DNA of 64,000 bases from Octopus vulgaris (taxonomy: Eukaryota): assembly GCA_951406725.2 (NCBI GenBank), contig OX597828.1:39618001-39682000 (forward strand), read 5' to 3'. Position 1 is the stretch's first letter, and every line of letters begins with the position of its first letter. A program made the position numbers and the translations under genes. Of the stretch, positions 24,059 through 36,757 are shown piece by piece. A model generated the notes under the pieces. It was not told the origin of the DNA. It saw only the letters and a program-made list of their open reading frames with translations, and did no database searches.

Positions 24059-24372
24059 TGTGGGAGGAATGACTGGGTCAATTGTTTTGGACAGGACCTA
24101 GGAGAGACATAGTTGGAATGAGGAGAAGAAAAGACAGAGTTGAGGTTTTGTGTAAGCCTGGGCGGAGGATGTGGGTATGCAGCCAGCTAGTCCAGAAGAG
24201 CAGTGGCTGTTGTAGTAGCATAGAGAAGACAAGGAGGAGTCAGTGAGCCTTTGGTGACACGTGGTTGAGACGATGAGATAATGACAAACAGGTGTCTTCC
24301 TCTCAGTTGAGCCCTTGACAGAGAAGCTATATGGCTAAAGCCAGAATGATAACAGCTGCTGTAGCAGTATAT

Positions 24373-24416
<44 letters not shown>

Positions 24417-24577
24417 AATGTGTCTGTGAATCAATGGCTGTAATGTGCTGATGATTGAATCTTATGTAAATGTAAACAGTCACAGATGTTTGTATGGTGT
24501 AGCATAGTGCTGTCCCGGATATGTGAGCAGTACTTTAATGTGTATCATACATACAAACAGAGCTTTCCTTCCTTACA
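24059..24577. mobile_element. Possible solo LTR
   Basis: Purine-rich block of higher GC starting TGTGGGA and ending CCTTACA. No convincing TSD. Confidence 0.25.
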
Positions 24578-24951
24578 TTTTAGTTCAGTATAATCAATAT
24601 CAGGAGACATTTCGAACGACCTAAATAAACACAGGTAAAACAGATGTTCAACAAAAAGATAATTTAACTATGTCAAGGACATCAAAACAAACAGAATCAT
24701 AATAAAACATTAAATGTATTTCTCCTGCTGTTTTCTTGTCTCTCGGCAATGTATTGACAAACCATCAAAACATAGTACGAAATACCATAAGTTATTTCAG
24801 CTTTTCATGTTCTGAGTTCAAATCTCGCTGAGGTCAACTTAGCCATTCATCCTTTCAGGATCAGAAAAAATAAAGTAGCAGTCATGTATTAGGGTCAATG
24901 CAACCAACAAACCCTCTCCTGGCCTTGTACTTAAATCATTAATAATAATAT

Positions 24952-25111
24952 AGGCAAGCATGGCTGTGTGGTAAGAAGCTTGCTTCCCAGCCACATGGTT
25001 CTGGGTTCAATCCCACTGCATGACATCTTGGGCAAGTGTCTTCTACTATAGCCTCAGGCCAACCAAAGCCTTGTGAGTGCATTTGGTAAGCAGAAAATGA
25101 AAGAAGCCTGT

Positions 25112-25157
<46 letters not shown>

Positions 25158-25390
25158 AGTATATATTTATGTGTGTGTGTCCTTGTGTCTGTGTTTGTCC
25201 AGCAACTAGCTTGACAACCAATGTTGGTATATTTACTTCCCCATAACTTAGTGGCTCAGCAAAAGAGACTGATAGAATAAGTACAAGGCTTACAAAGAAT
25301 AAGTCTGGGAGTCGATTTCTTTGACTAAAACCCTTTAAGGCAGTGCTCCAGCATGGCTGAAGTCATATGACTGAAACAAGTAAAAGAAAA
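24952..25390 (+). mobile_element. SINE family A, full length
   Basis: A/B boxes, internal (TA)n, tail GGCAGTGCTCCAGCATGGC..GAAACAAGTAAAAG. Confidence 0.9.
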
Positions 25391-25643
25391 AATCTCATCA
25401 TCATCATTGCTTTAATATTCATTTTTCCATTCTTGCATGTGTCAGACAGATCCTTTGGGGTGGACTTTCTATGACCAGATGCCCTTCCTGTTGCCAACCC
25501 TCACCTGTTTCCAAGTAAGGTTATATATCCCTAAGGCCAGACACGTTTCCATGGAAGATTGGAAACAAAGGACACCACTTGCATAAGGGGGATGCTTGTT
25601 TACAATTATCACGAAATATCAAGACAAGGAAACACTAACACAC

Positions 25644-25970
25644 ATCATCATCATCATCATCGTTTAACGTCCGTTCTCCATGCTAGCATGGGTTGGACGG
25701 TTCGACCGGGGATCTGGGAAGCCAGAAGGCTGCACCAGGCTCCGGTCTTATCTGGCAATGTTTCTACAGCTGGATGCCCTTCCTAATGCCAACCACTCCG
25801 TGAGTGTAGTGGGTGCTTTTTACGTGCCACCTGCACTGGTGCCAGGCGAGGCTGGCATTGGCCACGGTCGGATTGGTGCATTTTACGTGCCACCTGCACG
25901 GAAGCCAGTCGAGGCGGCACTGGCTTCGGCCACGATTCAGGTGGTGCTTTTTACGTGCCACCGACACGGA
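25644..25970 (-). mobile_element. RTE 3' tail with array units
   Basis: (CAT)n then reverse complement of the tail and three TTTTACGTGCCACC units. Confidence 0.88.
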
Positions 25971-26058
25971 ACTTACAGTATTTGTTCCAGCTCTTTACAT
26001 TTTGAGTTCAAATCCTGCCAAGATGATGATGATGATGATGATGATGACGATTATTATT

Positions 26059-27066
26059 AAGGTGGCAAGCTGGCAGAATTGTTCGCATACTGGACAGAAT
26101 GGTGTTAAGCATTTTCTCGGTCTTTACATACTGAGTTCTAATGCTGCCAAGTTCAGCTTTGCCTTCAATCCTTTTGGGGGTCAATAAAACCAGTTGAGCA
26201 CTGGGAGTGATGTAACTGACATACCCACTCATCTGAAATTGCTAGCCCTGTGCCAAAATTTGAAACCATTATTACCTCCACCTTAGTAAAAGTGGCAGTC
26301 TGTGGATGAAATATCTCAAGAACCACAGGATGAATTTGGATGAAACTTTCAGGGATGTTTGGTCTCATGACTGGCACGAACTGATTAGATTTTGGGATCA
26401 ATCTGGTACCAGACAAGGATTCTGGATTACTTTTCCTGTTTTTTAACTTAATTTTTGAGAGCGGCCAGGTTCATTTTTAGTGTTCTCGTTCTTGAGAATA
26501 GTCAAGTTTATTTCATATATTCACATTTTAAAAAATCAACTCTAGCTAACCGTTGAGAGGAAGTTTGGTAATGCCTTGCTGGAGGCTTGCACTCTCTGAG
26601 TGCTCTTGTTGTTATTATTATTATTATTGAAGGTGGCGAGCTGGCAGAATTGTTAGCACACTGGACAAAATGCTTAGCAGTATTTCATCTATCACTGCAT
26701 ACTAAGTTCAAATTCCCCTGAGGTTGACTTTGCCTTTCATCCTTTCAGGGTCAATGAAATAAATAACACTCAAGTGCTGGGGTCGATGTAATCAACTAGT
26801 ACCCTCCCCCAAATTTCAGGCCTTGTGCCTATAGTCGAAAGGATTATTAATATTATTATTATTATAAAGGCAGTGAGCTGGCAGAATCATTAGCCGCATC
26901 TCTTCAGGGTTTTTACATTTTTCTATTCAAATCTCACCATGGCTGACTTTCATCCTTTCATGTTTGATAAAATAAAGTACCAGCCGAGCATTGGGAGTCA
27001 ATGTAATCAACTCCCCGCCACTTTCCCTGCTAAAAATTTCCGGGTCTTATGCCAAAATTTGACACT
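26059..27066 (+). mobile_element. Cluster of three SINE family B copies (26059-26268, 26630-26848, 26867-27066)
   Basis: Each starts AAGG(T/C)(G/A)G..AGCTGGCAGAAT after an (ATT)n tract and carries the CTTTCA(A)TCCTTT central domain. Confidence 0.85.
26269..26610 (+). mobile_element. Helentron-associated (HINE/DINE-like) non-autonomous element
   Basis: Starts TTATTACCTCCACC with subterminal inverse GCTGGAGG, has a 3' hairpin GCACTC-TCT-GAGTGC, and ends in TT. Confidence 0.6.
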
Positions 27067-27860
27067 ATTATTATCATCATATTAAAAGTTCTATTGCTAC
27101 AGACTGCAACTTTGGATTCACTTACATCACATCTGTAATAAAATAACAACGAAGCTAAAACTCAACCGATTTCATTCAAATTTTACACATACGCTACTTA
27201 GGGTCCATGAGTGGAGGCGCAATGGCCCAGTGGTTAGAGCAGCGGACTCGCGGTCATAGGATCACGGTTTCGATTCCCAGACCGGGCGTTGTGAGTGTTT
27301 ATTGAGCGAAAACACCTAAAGCTCCACGAGGCTCCGGCAGGGATGGTGGTGATCCCTGCTGTACTCTTTCACCACAACTTTCTCTCACTCTTACTTCCTG
27401 TTTCTGTTGTACCTGTATTTGAAAGGGCCGGCCTTGTCACTCTCTGTGTCACGCTGAATATCCCCGAGAACTACGTTAAGGGTACACGTGTCTGTGGAGT
27501 GCTCAGCCACTTACACGTTAATTTCATGAGCAGGCTGTTCCGTTGATTCGGATCAACCGGAACCCTCGTCGTCGTAACCGACGGAGTGCTTCCATCCATC
27601 CAGGGTCCATGAATCGTCATGGGCCAAAGAAATTTTCAACTTCTTGCCTAACGTGAGCCGGGAGCAATCTCTTACACTATTTAAATATTACATGTCCAAA
27701 GTGACACCAAAACATCTCTATTGTAATGTGAGATACTTTCACAATTAATACTGAAACTATAACATACTTTCACTATTACTATCATCATATTAAAAGTTCT
27801 GTTCCTACAGACTGCAACTTTGGATTCACTTATATCACATGTGTAATAAAATAACAACAA
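27064..27860. mobile_element. Helitron-like repeat (tandem unit), interrupted by a SINE
   Basis: AAAACTCAACCGATTTCATTCAAATTTTACACATACGCTACTTAGGGTCCATGA and downstream sequence recur at 28971-29172. A ~90-bp direct repeat lies at 27063-27150 and 27772-27858. Confidence 0.6.
27211..27601 (+). mobile_element. tRNA-derived SINE, family C, young full-length copy
   Basis: A box TGGCCCAGTGG, B box GTTTCGATTCC, CpG-rich, (CCAT)n tail, 11-bp TSD AGGGTCCATGA at 27200-27210 and 27602-27612. Confidence 0.9.
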
Positions 27861-28691
27861 AAACAAAGAAAAAAATTAAATCCGTTAGTTGCTCTTATGA
27901 CCTCCACTCAAACGTTGTAGAACTATTTAGATTCTTGCTTCCTGTTGGAATATGTAAATATTACAAGGCAGAGCTGAAAACTGACCCAATTTACCCGCTA
28001 TCCGTTTCTCTCTCTCTCTAAACATAAATTGACTGCATTCTTTGTGAACTTATTCTCAAACTGTTTCCTTTCCTTAATTGCCAACTAATTCTCTATAATT
28101 AAGTCATAATTACAACGTAATTATGTATGAGTTTCGCAGAACTCATGATGGGTGATGGTTACTGGCAGAATTGTTCTACACAAGTGGTGTCTTTATTCAC
28201 TATTGTCAACATTGTTGCTGCTCTCACTGCCACCCCTGCTACCATTACCATTAATGTCACCAGAATCAGCATCACCATCACCATCATCATCATTGTTACA
28301 TAACAAAAACCCACTTAAGGCATAATACACAAGACATTTAATTTGAAAAATGACTACACAGTCACTTGACATGCTTATAATAGCAACCAGACTTCCTTTA
28401 AATCATACCACTCTGCGAAAAAAAAAACAGGAGTCCCTTTGATCACAGATCTTGTTTAATGAAAATGAATCACAGGAAACACCAACACAAGGAAATGAAA
28501 AATACAATGAAAGACAATGAAGACATGGAAGGGGACAGGGTTTGTTGCAGCAGCAAATCGGAACCATGACAGTCGCTGCCTCTACATGTATAACCACCTC
28601 TAGACAACCCAGGCACATCTACAACACTACTGTAACACTATCCGAGTGCATAAACTCTACACATTCAGTCTGGACAAACCAAATTTTACCT

Positions 28692-28722
<31 letters not shown>

Positions 28723-28920
28723 GCAGGTGTGGCTGTGGTGAGAAGTTTGCTTCGCAACCACATGGTTTCAGGTTCAGTCCCACAGCATGGTGCTTTGGGC
28801 ACATGTCTTTTACTAGAGCTTTGGGCAACCAAAGCCTTGAGAGTGGATTTGGTTGGCAGAAACTGAAAGAAGCCTGTCATATATTTGTGTATGCATTATA
28901 CATACATACATACATACATG

Positions 28921-29175
28921 TATATATAAAAGTGAGAATGTGCGTTTGTCTGTCTGTATGTGTGCATCACAAAAACTCAACCGATTTCATTCAAATTTTA
29001 CACATACGCTACTTAGGGTCCATGAAGTGTCATGGGCTAAAGAAATAATCAACTTCTTGCCTAACACGAGCCGGGAGCAATCTCTTATACTATTTCAATA
29101 TTACGTGTCAAAAGTGACACCATAACATCTCTACTCTAATGTGAGATACTTTCACTATTAATGCTGAAACTATTA
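28921..29175. mobile_element. Helitron-like repeat, uninterrupted copy
   Basis: TATATATAAAA..TGTCTGTCTG terminus. Represents the empty site of the SINE insertion at 27211. Confidence 0.6.
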
Positions 29176-30482
29176 GAAGTGAAACTTATCTCACTTATAC
29201 ACACAAACACACACTCACATGCATGTGTATATGTGAATATACATCTGCACATATACAGGGGTTGAACAAAATAATGGAAAAACCTAGCATCAAAGCCTCA
29301 TAATTTTGAAATATTTATAAAACCATCAAAAGTTTGTTTATTTATGTATATATTTATTTATTTATGTATACATGATGTATGAGTCAATGAGGGAGAGCTC
29401 TAGACTTGGTAGAAACAGCAGCCAAATCTCCTTCAAAACACCCTACTGTCTTAATCTGACAATTCTGCCTATTATATAGTTTGAATGAGAAACTGTTACT
29501 AAAGATTAAGATTATTAACCCCAAACCTGGATGGTGTTAAGTAGTGGAGATGTTTGGTGATTGTATGTGGTGGTTACTTTTGACTGTTTCTTCTCAATAA
29601 GGATAATTGATTGATAATGAATCTTAACACAATATACATACAACTTCAAGTGGAATTGGACATTATAAGAAAGACAGAGAGAGGAAAGAAGATAGATAGC
29701 ATAGTGACGGTTCTGGATGACTCTCATCCTGTACTCCCCTTGTTGCTAGTGAAATGGTATGTACCAGCTTTCTCAACAAACATGTTGCTTTCAATGGTGG
29801 AACAAACAGGACAAAAAGATTACAAAAATAGCAATTCTCACTTCCAAACTAACAATTTTGAAAATCTTTTTAGATTATGGAGCACCCTGCTTTTTCATGT
29901 ATCTATGTTTAAAATTTTAGCATGATCAGATGACCAATACATGAGTTTATAAGTGCACAAACATCAGACAGAACGGATTTTATAGATTAGATATATACAA
30001 ATATACATATGCACAAATACACACACACACACAAATATGGAGTTTGGAAGAGCATCCAGCTGCACAAATCCTGCTGAAACAGTTACAGAAAAAAGTCTGG
30101 TACAGGCTTCCACCTGTCTGGCTTTTGTCAAACTGTCCCACCTACGCCAGCATGGACAGTGGATGTTAAATGACGGTGATGATGATGATTATACACAAAT
30201 ACATATGCATACAAATATGTATGATATATATACAAATACATATATATATAAATACACATACACACAGATAGATTTTGTGGTATCATTGGAGCATTATTAT
30301 GTCAATAAATAAACCCATACAGTAGTTCTATTATTCTTTAATTGCTTTACTACTTAATCAACTAATCAATTATTTGGTTAGTCAATCAATTAGTTAGGTT
30401 TGTCCAAGTCCTTTTCGTTGCCATTCACAACCTTTTCTTAAACAAAAATAAAGGACACACACTCACACACACACCCACAAAT

Positions 30483-31875
30483 AGGCACAGCAGTGGCTGT
30501 GTGGTAAGTAGCTTGCTTTATTGAGAATGGCCGGTTCTAGATATCTGGTCATTCTTGAGGGATGCCCAACCCACCAAGTGTCACCTGTGCCTGGAACCAG
30601 GCCACATTAAAAAGAACTGTCCTCAGGACCAAAGTAAGGTCCTGGAGCAGTTAATAAAAGTAGTGGCTCCCACTCCCCCATTGGAGGGAGAGATGGAGGC
30701 AGTCGAGGATGTGGAGACCACCTTGAAAAAAGGAAAGAAAAGAAAGAAGGTGGGCAACAATGGTTGCCCACCGAACGACCCTAAAGCTGCGGGAGGGGAG
30801 GAAGATCCTCCGGATAAAGTAGAGGTACCACAGCCTCCCGTAGCAAAGGGGAGAAAAAGAAAATAGAAAAAGAAAGGGATATTGCTGGCGGTTGATGGTA
30901 CACTGCCAGCATGCCCTGAAACTTTGTCGGTGGAGAGTGTGTCACCGACAGAGGAAACTGTGGCCCCTTCCAGAGTGACGAGAGATAATTTTGTTATCTT
31001 CTTCCATAAGGGAGGAGCAATACAGAGCTTCTTAAGGAAGCTAGAGGGCCGGAAGGAGGAGCCCATGCCCTGGACTGAAGACCTGGATTGGCCTCCGCAG
31101 ATGACTATGGAAGTCAGATCAGAAGTCTACATGTTCAGGGTGTTGGACTCCTTCCAGAAGGAACAGTTTAAGTTGACCTTCTGGGTCCCTGACCTGGAGC
31201 TGGAGCATTGCCTACGGGAGGCATACAGCCTGGTCAGGGAGGAAAGATAAAGAGGCTTTAGTGCCTAAACGTTCATTGTATGTTATTGTGTGTAAGAGGC
31301 TCAGCGCCTCAATTTGCAATGGACTATTAAGTCCAGTAATTGTAAGAACTGAGGTAAGAGGTTTAGTACCACGTTTTGTTTTTTGAAGAACAATGTTTTA
31401 GAGAAGCAGAAGATCGGTGGGCGTCTTTTGCTCCTCTCATTAATATCATAATTTCGTTTATCATTTCATCTCATTAATGTAATGTCCAGCCCGCAGCTAC
31501 ATCTGTGTAATGCTCTTGTGGCAAATTATATGAATACAAGTAGCTTGCTTACCAACCACATAGTCCTGGGTTCAGTCCCACTGCGTGGCACTTTGGCCAA
31601 GTGTCTTGGGCTAACCAAAGCCTTGTGAGTGAATTTGGTAGATGGAAACTGAAAGAAGCCTGTAGTATGTGTGTGTGTGTTTGTGTGTCTGTGTTTGTGT
31701 CCCCCCCTTCAACATCGCTTGACAACTGATGTTGGTGTGCTGAACTGCAACTTAGCAGTTCAGCAAAACAGACCGATAGAATAAGTACGAGGTCTACAAA
31801 GAATAAGTCCTGGGGTCGATTTGCTTGACTAATGGCCCCAGTCAAATGACTGAAACAATTAAAAGAAATAAAAGA
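30483..31875 (+). mobile_element. SINE family A split by a 1-kb insertion
   Basis: Head 30483-30518 resumes at 31538 (AAGTAGCTTGCTTACCAACCAC..GGGTTCAGTCCC). Confidence 0.85.
30519..31537 (+). mobile_element. Non-LTR ORF1-like (zinc knuckle) retro-insertion lacking ORF2
   Basis: CHLCLEPGHIKKNC (CX2CX4HX4C), then a Lys/Pro-rich linker, a second ORF piece to 31250 and a ~290-nt 3' UTR. 13-bp TSD AAGTAGCTTGCTT. Confidence 0.75.
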
Positions 31876-32794
31876 ATATATGTGTGTGTGTGTGTGTTTG
31901 TGTATACACACACACACACATAAGCACTATAAGTATATAATTACTTATATAAATGTGTGGGTGTTTGTGTTGATAGATGAACAAGGATATATAGGCAAGG
32001 AAAAGAAAAGGAAAGAGGAAAACATAATACACATATTTCAGTTATGTGTAGTCTAAAGAGATATTTATAGGAAAAAAATACGGACGAGAAGGGAAGTAAT
32101 CCAGAAAATTACTTCCACAGGTCTTAGCTTGGTAAGATGATTTTGTTGTTGTTTAACCACAGGTCAGCATTGTTCAAAGTGTTCCAACCATGACCATCTT
32201 AGGATATTTTCAAGCCTTGTATACAGGGTGACAGTATCTCAGGTGCTCTTATTTAAGATGGTAAGCTATGGCTTGAAGGGAATTTTGCCACTGTTTATAG
32301 CTGGTCAAACAACCACAGAGAAAGATGATGAAAGAAGAGGAATGATAAATGTTGGTGAGATAGCAACAGAAGAGGAAGCAATAGAAAAAAAGAAAGAAAA
32401 GAAAACTAGTTTGAGGAACCTAGTCTTGGTGTGCACCACATACTAAAAAACTGTTACCATATTTGACGGCAAATACGATACATCTTTATTTTTAAAAAAT
32501 CTCTCACAAAATTCATAGGTGCAGACATGGCTGTATGGTAAGACGCTTACTTCCTAACTACATGGTTCCATGTTCAATCCCACTGCATGCTACCTTGGAC
32601 AAGTGTCTTCTACTATAGCCTTGGACTGACCAAAACCTGGATAACTTGTGGTTCCGGCCTATGGTTGATAAGTATCAAATAGTAGGATATTCCGGTTGTG
32701 TAAACAGAGAAAACCAACCCTATGAGTATTTTGTGCCAAGGGGCTGATTCAATTCACACGTTACTTTGAATAGTACATTGTTGGTATACCCTAG

Positions 32795-33830
32795 AGTTAG
32801 TTAGTTAGTTAGTTAATTTGGCTCAAAAGCAAATAGCAAGGCCATGTAGGGGGACATGGAGTTAAGTACAGGGTGGTGTTCATGTAAAGAGTTCAGGCCA
32901 CTTGAGGTCAAGGGAGGCTTTGAACAAAGCGGTCGTCGGCATCTTCACCATCTCGTCTGGCAGCTTGTTCCACGGATCCGCAACCCGGACGGAGAAAGCT
33001 CCTCTCCTTCGATTGAGATGAAATCGTCGCAGGTAGAGCTTTTCGGAATGACCCCGCAGCCGACGCTCTGGAGCAGGAGTGAAGAACAGCTCTTTCGAGA
33101 GGTTACACTTTCCTCTTATGATGATGTGGGCGAGAATGAGATCACCACGGCGGCGGCGTTTTTCAAGAGAATAAAGGTCGAGCGTCCTCAGCCTTTCTTC
33201 ATAGGACAAATTTTTGAGACCATGAACCATGCGGGTAGCCAGCTTCTGGACTCTTTTGAGATGCTGTATGTCTTTGAGGAGATAAGGAGAAGAGGCTTGA
33301 ATCCTGTACTCCAATATGGGTCTCACCAGCGTGACATAGAGTGGTAGGAATATGGCTGCTGTGAGCATTCCGAATGACCATCAAATCAAGAACAGAATTC
33401 CGCGTGCTTTGTTGGCAGCATGGACGCACTGGGCCGAAGGCGAAAAGGAGGAATCCACCAAGATACCCAGGTCCTTTACCTGATCGGTCCTCTCCAGCAG
33501 CAGACGACCCGGCTCGAAATCAAGTTGAGTTGCAGGAGGAGAGCCGACAGGCAGATGACAGCACTTTGACACGTTCAGACACAGGTCCCATTCGTTAGAC
33601 CACTTCCAAATTTGGTGGAGGCATCGACGAAGATCCTCTATATCACCGCGAGGAGCGACCAGTTTGATATCGTCGGCAAATAGAAGGGTGTGTTGCGTGA
33701 GGTCGTCGGGCAAGTCATTTATGAAGACTAAGAACAATAAGGGCCCAAGCACTGGACCTTGAGGCACACCACTGCTCGCACTGGAGACGTCGGACCGCGA
33801 ACCATTAACTTGGACTTGGGTGTCAGACAA
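32795..33830 (-). mobile_element. CR1-clade LINE, 5'-truncated
   Basis: SGVPQGPVLGPLLFLVFINDL, LFADD, KDLGI, LVRPILEY, LSYEERL, RRRRGDLI, WNKLP. One in-frame stop at 33381-33383. (TAAC)n tail. Confidence 0.92.
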
Positions 33831-33891
33831 GTTGTAAATTCCCTTAGTGTATTATAATCAAATGAATAACATATGATGGATAATTGTCAGC

Positions 33892-33974
33892 TCATTACAA
33901 CTGTTTATGTATCATTTTTAATAGAAGAATGAGAACATTACTCCATTACAAAAACACCCATAATCATCAGATGA
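33892..33974 (-). ncRNA. Degenerate hammerhead motif
   Basis: Minus strand TCAT-CTGATGA-TTATG..CAT-AAA-CAGTTG-TA-ATGA. Stem I TCAT/ATGA is intact but G12 of GAAA is lost. Confidence 0.45.
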
Positions 33975-35439
33975 AAAGTAATTTTACAAACAAAGTAATA
34001 TCCCAATTGTACAGCAGGGATGTGGATGAAGTCTGTGGAGGCCAACTATAAAATAAGGAGATTGACCAGCAAAGTTGGTCATTGAGGTTAAGAATATAGT
34101 TCTTGAAAGTGTGTAATATGATATCTAAGATCAGTGACCTGGGTGAGATACATCTCTGCTAGACTGGTTCTTAGGTAGACTGGGGTGGGGTGTAGGTGAT
34201 ATTTAATTATAGTAGGCTTAGAGCAGTGGGAAGTAAGGAGAGGTCCTAATATAAATTAGGGAAAAAGGAAGAATAAATAAATAAAGCGAAAGTAAGGGCG
34301 AAGAAAAATAAAAGCATACAAGCCATCGGGTCAGGGTTTAGGATTCCATAGCTAAGGCTAAAGGACAAAGGGAGGTGGGCAGAGATACACAGAATTTAGG
34401 GGCACTCTGTGGATACTGGTTGAAAGTTGGGGAGGGTATGAAGGTAATCCAAATAAGAAAATCTAACTTTTATGGAATAGCAGTGTTAGTAAAAGTAGAG
34501 CACTACTTATCATTAAGGAGTGGAAAGAAGGGTTATATAATAGACTACACCTAGTACTGAGTTAGAGGAAATATGAGATCAGATATCAAAGAAAGCCAGC
34601 AGTAGGGAGTAGTCTAATGATTAACAATATGGAATGTTATACAGGTGGCATCAATATCATTTAATTAGATTGTATAAGCATTTTTGTGTGAATCAAGTAA
34701 AACAACTTCAGACAATAGTCACTGGTAAGAGGTTTGGATAGAGTATTCTATCTATTATTTAACAAGCGCAGCTCAAACAATTGTATCTTGGTGTAAGGGT
34801 TATGTACCTAGTAGAAGAACTGGCTAGGGTGTGTAAACTGCTACTTCTAGGTTAGATAGCTTTGCTATCACTATTGCATAATACCAGGTACACCACAGAT
34901 AGAATGGTTAGTTCCTTCAATATAGCATGCCATGCAAGTATAATAGGAGCGGTTAGAAAATAACGGTAAAGGGAAATGAGATTAGAAGGACTCAGGAACT
35001 AATGGGTAGATCAATTGACAATTGGGTCAGCAACAGAGGGAGTAAATTAGATTGGCCCTAGGTTAGGAGTTATTATAGAGGTTGTTTAGTGTCCTTAAAA
35101 TATTTAAACGTGTGGATAGCCTTATGTACACAGGAAAGATGAAGGTCCAGTCTATTACTTTGTAGATTCTTCACTATTTGATCTCTTTAAAATTTCAAAC
35201 AGCTCAATTTGAGTTGGGACATCATTAGGGTTCCTAAACCGCACTCAAAAAGCAGATATAGGTGCAGGCTTTGCTGTATGGAGCAAACAGTAAATAGATT
35301 CAATATCATAAAGAAATTGTGCATATACATAGATAATGCAGGCAAATGTCTTCTACTATAGCCTCTCAGGACAATGACAGCATTGGGAGTGAATCTGATT
35401 AATGGAAACTAAAAGAAGCCCAGTATGTATGTGTGTATA

Positions 35440-35787
35440 CTCTTTTACTTGTTTCAGTTATTTCACTGCGGCCATGCTGGAGCACCGCCTTTAGTCGAGG
35501 AAATCAACCCCAGGACTTATTCTTTGTAAGCCCAGTACTTATTCTATCGGTCATTTTTGCCAAACCGCTAAGTTACAGCGACGTAAACACACCACCATCG
35601 GTTGTCAAGTGATGTTGGGGGGACAAACACAGACACACAAACACACACATATATATATATATACGACAGGCTTCTTTTCAGTTTCCGTCTACCAAATCCA
35701 CTTGCCCAAGATGCCACGCAGTGGGACTGAACCTGGAACCATGTGGTTGGCAAGTGAGCTACTTACCACACAGCCACTCCTGCGCCT
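35440..35787 (-). mobile_element. SINE family A with internal deletion
   Basis: Colinear with 8611-9028 except ~45 nt missing after ACCAAATCCAC. Confidence 0.88.
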
Positions 35788-36376
35788 GTATGTATGTATG
35801 TATGCATGTATGTATGCATGCATGCATGTATGTGTGCATATGTATTTAACATATATACATATGCACATACATATGTACATACATACACTTTATGGTATTA
35901 TGGTATTCCATAATGATAGTAATGTAAATATATGTGTGTGCATGCATGTATGTACGCACGTATGTATGTAAGTACATAAATATGTACATACAGATGTACC
36001 CACTTATGTATGTAAGCACATACATACATAAAGCAAATATACGTGTGTGTGTGTGTGAATGTGTGTATGTATGTACATACATGCATGCATGTACGCATAT
36101 TTACTTTACTCTCATTATGGAAGTGTAGGGCAAAAGTGAAAGTGTTTTTTCTGCAACATATAAAAACAAAAAAATTCTTCTATTCAAAAGCGAAAGTATT
36201 TTTCTTAGCAAATAAAGTAAAAATGTTTTTGTGCTTTATTTTGAACTAAACTGAAAGTATTTTCCTTAACAAAATGTTTTCCTGAGCAAAAAGTAAAAAC
36301 TGCATTTATTATGTTTTTTCAATACAAAGGTTAAATAGATCCAATAAGTAACTGTTCACATCATTTATCTTTTAGC

Positions 36377-36757
36377 TTTTACTTGTTTCAGTTATTACAC
36401 TGTGGCCATGCTGGGGCACCGATTTGAAGGACTTTCCGTCAAATGAATCAACCCCAGTACTTAATTTTGTTAAGCCTCATACTTATTCTGTTAGTCCCTT
36501 TTGTTGAACCACTAAGTTATGGGACATAAACAAACCAGCACTGGTTGTCAAGTGCTGGTAGGGAACAGACACAAATACAAAGCCACACACACACATGATG
36601 AGCTTCTTTCAGTTTTCATCAACCAAGTCCACTCACATGGCTTTGGTCGACCCAAGGATATAGTAGAAGACACTTGCCCAAGGTGCCACACAGTGGGACT
36701 GAACCCAGAACCATTTGGGTGGGAAGCAAGCTTCTTACCACACAGCCACACCTACTC
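36377..36757 (-). mobile_element. SINE family A
   Basis: Colinear with 8611-9028. Further fragments at 36770-36845 and 37080-37220. Confidence 0.85.

Noticed and set aside
27213-27290. tRNA gene
   Set aside because: There is no acceptor stem closure, and it continues into a SINE body with tail and TSD.
33980-35260. Possible decayed Penelope ORF next to the 33892 hammerhead
   Set aside because: I could not recover convincing RT or GIY-YIG motifs by eye; it needs a tblastx search.
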